NCBI RefSeq assembly: GCF_016432865.1
Contig: NC_067401.1
Coordinates: 359,786,001-359,850,000 of the forward strand
From: Antechinus flavipes
Taxonomy: Eukaryota
Direction of reading: 5' to 3'
DNA: 64,000 nt
Translations under genes and position numbers: made by a program
The notes under the pieces: model-generated
The model's input: the letters and a program-made list of their open reading frames with translations, nothing else
What the model was told of the DNA's origin: nothing
The model's database searches: none
Shown here: piece by piece, positions 51,885 through 62,280 of the stretch
Layout of the letters: each line of letters starts with the position of its first letter
Position numbering within the stretch: the first letter of the stretch is position 1

Positions 51885-52085
51885 TTTTGTTATTGTTCAG
51901 TCCTGTTTGACTGTCATGACTTCATTTGGGCTTTTCTTGGCAAAGATATTGGAGTGGCTCTTTTTACAAATGAGGAAACAGAGGCAAACAGGATTAAGTG
52001 ATTTCCCCAGGTTCACACAACTGGTAAGAGTCTGAGGCTTGGCCCTAGACAAGCGCTCTCCATTCACTGAACTACTTAACTGCCC
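51885..52085 (-). mobile_element. Mar1-like CORE-SINE
   Basis: ttgttcagtc...ttcttggcaaagatattggagtgg...gaggaaacagaggc; reverse complement of the 48442 type. Confidence 0.7.
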
Positions 52086-53639
52086 TTGTTGATGGATTGT
52101 TCTTTGGGCTTGTCCCCCAAGTGCGAGTTTTCTAATTTTAAATTTAAAGTAGTATAAAAGGTATCATCTGGAAAATGTGAACTATATAGAGTGATAAATT
52201 TTCAAGGTCCTTAGTCTTATTTCATTTACAAATGAGAAAACAGGCCCAGAGAAATTAAGTTATCTATAAGAGCTAGAACTGTTCAGGTAGGAAGCAGAAT
52301 AAACAGTTAGACCACTCTTAGTGCTACATTGATAAGAAACTTATTAGAAAGCCTTAAGTGTGTTTTGGTGAATTATTTTTAGAGAAATTTGGAAGGAAGT
52401 CTGTGGAAAAGAATCACTTAGAATGAAAAGCTACGGATTGATTACACTTTGTATACTTCTAGGTATACAATCCTTCACTGGTGGCTAACATAGTATGCTT
52501 CACATTGACTTTATTCCCTAGACTCTTTATAAATAATTTCCATCAAGTAGTAATTAATGACAAAAATGATAAAAATTGACATATATAATGAGTAATAGAA
52601 GCATTTTTCAGACACACAATGATTTGATGCTAATTGGGGTTAGGGGGAACAGAGTTGAGAGTCCTTTAGGCCTTTAGACACTCGGGAAGGCAAGGAATAA
52701 AAGCTCATGTGTGAAGACCTCTGATGTCATTTCCCACTTTTAAGCTTTTTCTGCTCCTGGGCAGAAAAGAACCAACCCAAGCTTCCTTTCCCCTTAAATG
52801 ACCAGCAAGCTCCTTAAAGGATTCTTAGAGCTCCTGCCCAAGTAGTATGTTATAGGGAGAGGGAAGAGAGGGTCTAAGTCCACCGAGGCCCATTATGTGC
52901 AAGCCTCTGTGTCAAAGGGAAAGTAGTTAAGGAGGAAATGGGGAAATTCACATAATTTTAATATTATTAAGAGTGATTTGGATGAGGGTGTTGAAAGAAT
53001 TTATAAACATGACCTGAATTGCTGACAGTAATATTTGGAGAATTGTGTACATTGGAAAAGATACCAGATAACTGGAGACATGAAAATATTTAGACTCTCC
53101 AAAAGAGAAAGCAGTGAAGTCCATGAACAAAAAAATAGGATATAGGCCACCTGCATTGTTGGTGGTGTTATGCTAAGGTTTAGGAAAGAAGGCCGTGATC
53201 ATTAATAGTTAATATGGACTCACTAAGAATATGTCATGCCAAATGTCATTCCATTTCTCCTTTTGGATTTTTGTCAGGAAAATGCCCTGGACGTTGTCCC
53301 TAACCCCAATTGCACAAATAGTCATGAAAAGACTTGGGGCTCTCTCTGTCTGTGTCTGTCTCTTTACCTCCCTTTCTTCTTCCTCTCCCTCTCTTCCACG
53401 TTATTCTTGATATCCTAATACTCTTCCTACTATTTATACACCACTATTCCTCTTAACATGATCTGAAATCCACTTTTAAACATTTTTATGTTCTCAAACT
53501 ACTGTGTTTCCTTTAGATATTTATTCCCACCAACAGTCTTTCCATCTGTTTAGATTTCCTAGGTTTACTTCAAATGTTTCTATCAAACTTTTCCTATCTA
53601 CTCATTGGAAGTTATTGCTGTCTTCTCAAATTTTGGGGC

Positions 53640-53760
53640 AGCATGTTATTTTTGTTTCTTCAGATTTTTGAAGGGCTGCCATGTGGAAAGAGGGATTAGA
53701 CTTCTTTATATTTTTATAGGACATAATTAGGACCAGTGAGTAGAAATTATAAGGAGATTT
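53640..53760 (+). mobile_element. CR1/L3 3' fragment
   Basis: tttgaagggctgccatgtggaaagagggattagactt matches recalled L3 3' consensus. Confidence 0.65.
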
Positions 53761-54028
53761 TTTTGTTGCTTTAAGCTCTCTTATAAAATACTGTTATTTA
53801 ATCAAGTGGCAATATTAGTCATTTTATTCATATAGCATTTCTAAGAGGCTTATAGAAAAAATATTGAACTTGGTTTCAGAAGAGCTGGTTTAAATAATAA
53901 ATCAATAAGCAGGTATTTATTCAACACCTGCTCTATATAAAACACTAGAAAAGAGAGACAAAAGTGAAACGATCTACTCTTAAAAAGCTTACATTCTCTT
54001 GAGGGAAATTGGCTAAAAAGAAAAGGGG

Positions 54029-54113
54029 AGGGGCAGCTAAGTGGTGCAGTGGATAGTGCACCAGCCCTGAAGTTAGGAGGATCTGAGTTCACATTTGATC
54101 TCAGATACTTAAC
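54029..54113 (+). mobile_element. WSINE1-like SINE, 5' half only
   Basis: ggggcagctaagtggtgcagtggatag...gagttcacatttg; ends at cttaaca. Confidence 0.85.
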
Positions 54114-54825
54114 ATAGATCTTTTTTCTGAATCATTTTTCTGAACTTTTCAAAATCTACTATCCAAGTTTTAAATTAAATGTCTGGCTATGCCTTATGTT
54201 CCATTTGGTTATCTGGAAAATTGATTTATGCGGTTAGTTGACTTGGAGTTATCTGTAAAATTGACTTTATTCTTACTGACCCCAGATAAATAAGATTATC
54301 AGTATTTAAAAAACAACAATAACAACAAAACTTTGTTGAGACTATTGAAAGATTTTGTATTCTATATGAAAAGACTGAGAGGACACTTGGTATAGTTGAG
54401 GGTTTACTTTGGGGAATAGAAAAACCTGGTTTCAAACTCTGTTATACCAGCTTAATCATAGGCTTTAATATCCCAGTTTTTCAGGCAGCTCTCTTAAGAC
54501 TACAAATTAAAGTAAGTTCTTGGTTTGCATAAGTAAAGATAATTTCCACAATTGGATTTCCCCATCTCATTGGGTTTAGATTCCTCACAGTCCCCACCCT
54601 CCAATGAAGACCCTATTTAGCTGCTATGCTCAACATAACTACTTTCCACATCTTAACACCTCCTCTTTCCCCTTCATCCCCCATTTTTTCCCTAATTGGT
54701 TTAAAATTTTATTTCCCTTTCCAAAGGTTAAGAAAAATACATAAAATCATGTGGAACATTTTTGAGGAGAATCTTAAAGATTAAAGAAAAGGAAAGGGCT
54801 ATTTTAAATGTCCTTTTTTATATAG

Positions 54826-55020
54826 TTTCAGATCGAAGAGGTTCAGGTAAACCCCGACCAAAGAGTGAAGGCTTTGAGTTGTATAACAATTCGGCACAGA
54901 ATGGATCGCCTGAGAGTCCTCAGCTGCCTTGGACAGAGTATAGTGAACCAAAGAAACTCCCAGGAGATGACAGGCTCATGAAGAACAGAGCTGATCACCG
55001 GTCCAGCCCTAATGTAGCAA
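54826..55020 (+). CDS. AFDN: AFDN exon, 195 nt, (V)SDRRGSGKPRPKSEGFELYNN...HRSSPNVA
   Basis: tatag acceptor, donor gtaagg at 55021; phase 1 to 1. Confidence 0.97.
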
Positions 55021-55578
55021 GTAAGGCAAATTAAGCTTATTTTTTTATCTCCTAGTAATTCAGTATTTGTTCTTATACATGAATATGCATAAATGGAGTT
55101 GGGAGTATGTTTTAAAGCCCATAAATTAAACAAAATATTGTATAGGTAGCTCTACCATGAAAAAATTGCCATAAGTATATTAAAGTTTTATGGAATTTTG
55201 ATTAGCCTACAGAGAGGTAATGTTCAGTATAGTGAATGCCAAAGGAGGAGTCATAGTTTGGAATAAACATTGAGGACCCTTCCAGAAGTTTATGTTGTTT
55301 AGATATACTATAGTATAATACTAGCACCAGTATCAGTGCTACGGAAAAATATACTCTCTACAAATGCATCTGCTTAAATAGACCGTGAGCTTAAGTAAGC
55401 AATTAAAATTATGTATTGTCCAATAGTCTTAATGAAGTCATTGCATTTAACCTGTTTTCTTTCTCTATGAGTACTGATTTTTTAAGTAATGGAGTTTGTG
55501 AAAACTAATTTTGGTTTTTGAACATTAACATGTAAATGTATGAATATATTGAGATTTTTTTCTGATTGCCTTCAACAG

Positions 55579-55670
55579 ATCAGCCTCCTAGTCCTGGAGG
55601 GAAAAATACATATGCCACTGGAACATCAGCTAAAATAACATCTGTTTCTACTGGAAATCTTTGTACAGAG
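55579..55670 (+). CDS. AFDN: AFDN exon, 92 nt, (N)QPPSPGGKNTYATGTSAKITSVSTGNLCTE
   Basis: caacag acceptor, donor gtcaga at 55671; phase 1 to 0. Confidence 0.96.
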
Positions 55671-56028
55671 GTCAGAAGAAAGGAGTTAAACATTTTTCTT
55701 ATCCTTAAATCTGGTTAGGAATACTGATTGCTAGTTCTCAATCAGCTTATTTAAAATTATGATTTAATAGTAAATATCAAATATCATTGTTTACATAATG
55801 CATTTCTATACGTGGATATCTAGTTATCAAATTTTGAGTACTTTGGTCTTGAGCTTTAAAGTTTGTTAAAATTTTAATATTTTGTGCTATAATGTTATGG
55901 TAAGTTTTATTGTTCTGAGATATTTTCAAATCTCTAAGATGAAAGTTTCTAAAGAAAATAAGAAATAAGCTCTTTGTGAAAATGGTTATATGACTACTTT
56001 TCTTTTTTATGTTCTGTGCCTTTTACAG

Positions 56029-56214
56029 GAGCAAACACCACCACCAAGACCTGAGGCTTATCCTATCCCAACTCAGACATATACCAGAGAGTACTTTACA
56101 TTTCCAGCTTCCAAGTCCCAGGATCGTATGGTTCCTGTTCAGAATCAGTGGACCAATTATGATGAAAAACAACAGATCCAGACAGATAATAATCATTCCA
56201 GTGTCATAATTCAG
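56029..56214 (+). CDS. AFDN: AFDN exon, 186 nt, EQTPPPRPEAYPIPTQTYTREYFTFPASKSQDR...HSSVIIQ
   Basis: ttttacag acceptor, donor gttgga at 56215; phase 0 to 0. Confidence 0.97.
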
Positions 56215-56360
56215 GTTGGAAATTATTTATTCAGCTAACTTTCTAAAGCTTTTTTTGCTCTGAGACATTTTAGAATTGCAAATAGGTTTAAAAAAAAAAA
56301 ACAAACCCTGAAATTTGTTATTTGGTAATATAGAAAATAACCTTAAAAATAAAGTGAATT

Positions 56361-56544
56361 GGGGACAGCTAGTTGGTGTAGTGGATAGAGCACCAGCCCT
56401 GAAGTCAAGAGGAGATCTGAGTTCAAATCTGGTTTCGTACACTTAACACTTCCTGACTATGTGATCCTGGGGAAGTCATGTAACCCCAATTGCCACAGCA
56501 AAAAAAAAAAGAAGAAGAAGAAGGAAAGAAAGAAAAGAAAAAAG
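56361..56544 (+). mobile_element. WSINE1-like SINE with TSD and AG-rich tail
   Basis: aaataaagtgaatt(gggga) duplicated at 56347 and 56545; B box gagttcaaatc. Confidence 0.92.
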
Positions 56545-57101
56545 AAATAAAGTGAATTGGGGAGATTTTTAAAAAGTGAAATCAGAATATAATAGTGTTA
56601 AACATAATATGAAATAAAGTAAATCTCATTAGATGAGATAACCTGATTCTTCCAGCAATTCGGTTAAAATAGTATATAGTTAAAATATCTATATTAATTC
56701 CAGTTTAAAGATGAAATAATTGTAGCTTACAGATGTTCTTACTTAGTGCTAGCAGTGTTCCTTGTAAATATCAGAATTAGGTTTTTAAGATCCTTTATTT
56801 TTATTGTTATCTTTTTGTTTTTAATATTCCCGTTTCCAAATATATCTCTCCTGGACCCAGTAAGCTGTCCCTTATTACAAAAAACAAAACAGAAAGAAGG
56901 AATAAACATTTAAACAAAATTAAGGAACACATTCACCAAATCTGCTGAGCCCTATTTTATTATACCAACTTGTAGTAACTTCAGCCTTTTTGCTTGGCAC
57001 AAATTTTACTTTACTGTTGGGGATGACATAGGTATGATGATTAAAAACCATCCCTACATGCAAGAAGCATATCTTTTAATGTGGAAGACAAGTACCTCTA
57101 A

Positions 57102-57104
<3 letters not shown>

Positions 57105-57149
<45 letters not shown>

Positions 57150-57186
57150 CATTATATATATATATATATATACACACATACACACA
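57105..57186 (+). repeat. (AT)19 and compound AT/AC microsatellite
   Basis: Direct reading. Confidence 0.95.
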
Positions 57187-57249
57187 CCATAAACATAAAG
57201 TTAATAAATATAATTACAAAATAGTTTTGAATCCAAGCAAGGTCTGAGA

Positions 57250-57640
57250 AAATGCTGTCTTTCCTTGTTGCCTCCATTTCTTTTCTGACTTTGCAGCCCT
57301 TTGCATTCTGTATTCCAGTTTCATCACTAACTAAGCTACTTTCTCCAAAATTACTTTTAACTTACTTAACTGCCAAATATTATAGTCTTTTTTTAGTACT
57401 CATCCTTCTTGACTTCTCTGCCTTCCTGTACACTTTGCCCATGTGAGTTTTCATGAGACTATAATATCCTGACTCCCTATCTGTCTAAATCCTCTTTCAA
57501 AGTCATCTTTGTTTATTCATTATCCATGTTAGACTCCTTAACTATCAGACCTATCCCAATACACTCCTGGATCCTCTTTACTCAATACTCTTTCCTGATG
57601 ACTTCATTAGTTTTTATTTGTTTAATTATTATCTAATAAA
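57250..57640 (+). mobile_element. L2 LINE fragment, degenerate
   Basis: CT-rich; ctcatccttcttgacttctctgccttcc...gttttcatgagact resembles the recalled L2 ORF2 region. Confidence 0.55.
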
Positions 57641-58214
57641 GATGATTCACAAATGTATGTGTGTGTGTACATATGACTATGCATATGTGTATATACACAC
57701 ATGCAAGCATATATACATACATATATTATTAAGTGAAATAATATATAAAGTACTTTTTACATCTTTAAGCACTATATAAATGTTACCAATCATTGTTAAT
57801 GGCAAATGAAGTGTAAAATGAAATTATTTAGTACTTTCATAAAGAATGTCCAGCAGAGCTTACAATTTGAAGAGAGTTGGGCTTTCATTGAGGAGTTAAC
57901 CCAGAGTAAATCAGTTTCCAATTTAATTAAGTTTATTACTTCAGAAGCTCATGAAATAGAATTCTGTATTTTAATGCTCTTTGAAGACGAAATAAAAAAT
58001 TAGTGTCATGGACAACATTAGTGGAGATGTACAGAGTTGGGAGAGTAATGGAGGAAAGCAAGGTAGACTTCTTGATGCTCAAAAGCTGTGGAATAGGTGG
58101 GTTGTTATGAGAAAGAGGTAAAAAAAAAAATCAAATAATTGATTATAGCAACTAATACAAGCACTTCCATTGTTGTGAAAAATACATACGGGAAAAAATT
58201 CCTCCTTTTATTTA

Positions 58215-59370
58215 AAACAATTTCTTTTACATTTGTTTTTTAAAACTTTGAAATTCAAGATTCTTTCCCTTAGCCCCATTAAGGAACCACATGTCAAGTT
58301 GTGCAAATGCAAAACATTTCTATAAAAGTCATGCTGTGAAAGAAAACATATTTATCTCCCACCCTAATTTTTAAAAAAACCCTCAAGAAAAATAAAGTTT
58401 AAAAAAAAAAGCGAGTTTGATTGAATCTGTATTCACAGATATCTATTTCTTCTCTGGGTATAGATAGCATTTTTCAACCTAAGTTCTTCAGAGTAGTTGT
58501 GGATCATTGTATTGCTGACAATAGCGAGGTCATTTATGGCTTGGTTGTTCCAGAACATTGCTGTTGCTTTAGGTACAAGTACATTTCACTTTGTTTGAGT
58601 TCATGAATGACTTTCAGGTTTTTTTTCTGCTCATCATTACCTTGGAAGAATTGTGGGTTGTACCCATGAGTCATGGAAGGAAGATAATCCTTTTTGAATC
58701 CTTCCAAGAAAATCTTTTGAATTTATCTCAAATTCAAAATTCCTCTTTTGAGACTTCACATGTAGCATTTTGCTACTGTTTTCTTCTTCTGAGCTTATGT
58801 TCTGATCTTTCCTGTTGCTATAGTAAATTTTTATGGCCAGGGCTCTTTCGGCTTTTTTGCTCATTTTAAAAAGTTGAGCTCTGCTCCTGGGGAAGGGACA
58901 GTGTTCTAACTGGTTTTTGCAGGGGGGTAGGGGCCTCTCACTGGCTTACCACACTGGGGCCAGAAGTGCTGGAAGCTTTCCCATTGTACTGGGTTGGCCT
59001 GGTCTATTTTGCAAGAATTTGGAAGCTCACAATTTGCCTTCTACAGTGGGGCTAGAAACCTCTCAGCTGGCCATGTGATCCACTGGGGTCTCTGTGGCTG
59101 ATTTTTCCCCAGACTAAGAGCCTGTCCTGCTAGATTCCCTGCACCTTGCACAAATAGGGATGTGTCCCCCCATCCACCTAACCAGATCTTTCTTGAAGTC
59201 CTATCCTATGCTGGAAAATTGCTTCACTTTGAATTTTTGTAGGTTCTGTCACTCCAGAGTCCTTTTAGAGGCTTGATTTAGTGTGTATGGTTTTATTTCC
59301 CCCGAGGGAAAACTGGGAAGAGTTCAGGCAACTTCCTCGTTTCTTTCTACCACTGTGACTCCATTTCCAC
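58215..59370 (-). mobile_element. Internally deleted L1: 5'UTR plus ORF1 N-terminus fused to the ORF2 end and 3'UTR
   Basis: ORF 58637..58864 (MSKKAERALAIKIYYSNRKDQNISSEEENS) resembles the recalled marsupial L1 ORF1 start; GC-richer 58865-59370; 58230-58640 is an L1 3' end. Confidence 0.7.
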
Positions 59371-59479
59371 ACTAGATCATATTTGGGAAATTATTTGGTG
59401 CTTTTCGTGAGCTCTGAATTTCCACCTAAAATAAATGCCATGTTCTTTATCTCTGAATGGCTAGTAGTCACAGAATATT

Positions 59480-60620
59480 GCAGTTTCCGAAAAATCAACA
59501 TAGTGGGTTATTCAAAGAGATGGCCATAGCAATCATAAATAGATTGGAGAGCATATTACTGATAAAGAATTGCACAAAAGAAAGGACATAACAAAGGAAT
59601 TTGTAAAGGTAGGCCCAGTTTTATGGTGAGAATTAGAGATAATAGATTGTTAAACTATGTGCTACACTGATACACACATGATGTCTTTTTTTTTTTTTTA
59701 ATACCTTTTTATTGATAGAACCCATGCCAGGGTAATTTTTTATAGCATTATCCCTTGCACTCACTTCTGTTCCGATTTTTCCCCTCCCTCCCTCCACCCC
59801 TCCCCCAGATGGCAAGCAGTCCTTTACATGTTGAATAGATTACAGTACATCCTAGATACAATATATGTGTGCAGAACCGAACAGTTCTCTTGTTGCACAG
59901 CGAGAATTGGATTCAGAAGGTATAAATAATCCAGGAAGAAAAAGAAAAATGCAAGCAGTTTATATTCATTTCCCAGTGTTCTTTCTTTGGGTGTAGCTGC
60001 TTCTGTCCATCCTTGATCAATTGAAACTGAATTAGCTCTCTATCGAAGAGATCCACTTCCATCAGAATACATCCTCAAACAGTATCATTGTTGAGGTATA
60101 TAATGATCTCCTGGTTCTGCTCATTTCACTTAGCATCAGTTCATGTAAGTCTCGCCAATCCCCTCTGTACATCCTGCTTGTCCTTCCTTACAGAACAATA
60201 ATATTGCATAATGTTCATATACCACAGTTTACTCAACCATTCTCCAATTGACGGGCATCCATTCATTTTCCAGCTTTTAGCCACTACAAACAGGGCTGCC
60301 ACAAACATTTTGGCACATACAGGTCCCTTTCCCTTCTTTAGTATCTCTTTGGGGTAAAAGCCCAGTAGAAAGACTGCTGGATCAAAAGGTATGCACAGTT
60401 TGATAACTTTCTGAGCATAGTTCCAAATTGCTCTCCAGAATGGCTGGATATGTTCACAGTTCCACCAACAATGTATCAGTGTCTCTGTTTTCCCACATCC
60501 CCTCCAACATTCCACATTATCTTTCCTTGTCATTCTAGCCAATCTGACAGCACACATGATGTCTTGATCCAAAGGAGATCTCTCATTACATGTATGATTA
60601 AGGCTGTTCTCTTCTCTCCA
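59480..60620 (+). mobile_element. Degenerate RTE LINE fragment interrupted by a young L1
   Basis: gagaattagagataatagattg...gtgctacactgatacacacatgatgtctt continues after the L1; resembles the recalled RTE RT C-terminal region. Confidence 0.45.
59688..60550 (-). mobile_element. Young 5'-truncated L1, 0.86 kb, perfect 15-bp TSD
   Basis: TSD cacacatgatgtctt at 59673-59687 and 60551-60565; ORF2 peptide in ORF 60141..60629; same 3'UTR subfamily as 29997-31073. Confidence 0.97.
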
Positions 60621-61212
60621 ACTCCCCATGATTTATGAAAGGATATAGACCAGGATTTCCTTTGAAGGAGATGTTCAGTGGGTTGTGATTTATATCATTA
60701 GGAGGGATTTTTTCATTCCCAGAACCATTCAAGAATTTCATGAAGTATGCTTGAAATGATTTTTGTTTGGGATAGTGGAATTTTAGCCCCTGAGAAAAAA
60801 CACACAGAGGAAAAATCCATGGATTCTTTTTTTTTTTTTAATGTTCTCTGAAATAGGTATCAATGTGATTAAAAATTAACTTTTAAAAGTATAGCATTTC
60901 AGAATTTTGTTACAGAGAACTTTTTTATTTGTTGTTCTTTCAGGAGCATTGTTTTACATATTTTTTAAAAATTTATGGTTTTTCCTAAAAATATTGTGAG
61001 AAAGTAACATCTTTATTTTCCATTTGAATTGGGTTATTGATCAAGTATATGTTCATACTGCATACATTAAGTAATTGTGAAATAAGAATTCACATTTAGA
61101 AAATTTGATATTGTCAGCTCTTTTAAGATCATTTTAAAATTATTTTCTAAATATTCTATTCTATTTTTAACTCTTTTAAAAAAAATGCATTAACTTAACT
61201 TTTTTTTTCTAG

Positions 61213-62217
61213 CGTGTTACTCGTTCCCAAGAAGAATTGAGAGATGATCAAGTTTACCAGACAGAATGTCATCGCAAAGATGCAGACTATTTAGATCGAA
61301 AGTCTGACAGTGACATGTGGATAAATCAGAGCTCTTCTATGGAATCTAGCACATCTAGCCAAGAATTCTTGAACCATTCTTCTAAGTCCATTACCCCAGC
61401 TTCTACTTTAACCAAAAGTGGTCCTGGCCGTTGGAAAACACCAACAGCTCTTCAACCAACTCCAGTGGCTATTTCCCAACCTATTCGAACAGATCTTCCT
61501 CCTCCACCCCCACCTCCTCCTGTGCACTATGCAACTGACTTCGATGGGGTTCCATTGGATTTACCTCTGCCTCCCCCTCCTCCTCTGCATCAGGTAGGAT
61601 CCCAGGCTACTCCAGCAGCAGCTGCAGAACGTAAAAAGAGAGAAGAACACCAGCGGTGGTATGAAAAGGAAAAAGCTCGTTTAGAAGAAGAGAGAGAGAG
61701 GAAGCGACGAGAACAGGAAAGAAAGCTGGGGCAAATGCGCACTCAGCCCTTGACCCCTAGTCAAGTTACTCCTGGACCTGTGCAGCAGATAAAGCCAGAA
61801 AAGCCATCCACCTTACAGAGACCCCAAGAAACCGTCATCCGGGAGCTACAACCCCAACAGCAGCCACGGACAATTGAACGGAGAGATTTGCAATATATTA
61901 CAATCAGCAAAGAAGAGCTTTCCTCTAGTGATAGTTTGTCTCCTGACCCATGGAAACGGGATGCCAAAGAAAAGCTGGAGAAGCAGCAGCAAATGCACAT
62001 TGTAGACATGCTAAGCAAAGAGATTCAGGATCTTCAAAACAAACCTGATCGGACAGCAGAAGAAAATGACCGTTTGCGAAAACTCATGCTAGAGTGGCAG
62101 TTCCAGAAGAGACTCCAAGAATCAAAGCAGAAGGATGAAGATGATGAGGATGAGGAAGATGATGATGTAGATACCATGTTAATTATGCAGCGCCTAGAGG
62201 CCGAAAGAAGAACCAGG
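61213..62217 (+). CDS. AFDN: AFDN large exon, 1005 nt, RVTRSQEELR...proline-rich and coiled-coil regions...RLEAERRTR
   Basis: tttctag acceptor, donor AGG|gtaaag at 62218; overlaps ORF 61237..62280; phase 0 to 0. Confidence 0.98.
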
Positions 62218-62280
62218 GTAAAGGGGAAAAATCCTTTGGGTGTGCGTATCTGGGATCTATCTCTCTACTTACTTTCTTAA
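62218..62280 (+). CDS. AFDN: Putative intron read-through C-terminus of a short AF-6-type isoform, VKGKNPLGVRIWDLSLYLLS*
   Basis: Frame stays open 20 codons past the donor to TAA 62278-62280; analogous to the recalled human short isoform tail beginning VKG. Confidence 0.5.
   Translation, partial: VKGKNPLGVRIWDLSLYLLS

Larger units (their letters stand above)
2454..62217 (+). other. AFDN: Afadin gene, partial (21 coding exons visible; gene extends beyond both window ends)
   Basis: Spliced translation (FHA, DIL, PDZ, proline-rich and coiled-coil regions) matches recalled mammalian afadin. Exon phases chain without frameshift: 3614 nt plus 1 upstream base = 1205 codons. Confidence 0.99.

Noticed and set aside
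2615-56544. tRNA genes at A/B-box motifs
   Set aside because: All are heads of CORE-SINEs continuing into core and A tail; no cloverleaf.
61761-62018. 85-aa antisense ORF
   Set aside because: It is a shadow frame of the AFDN large exon; the Ser/Cys-rich composition follows from the sense codons.
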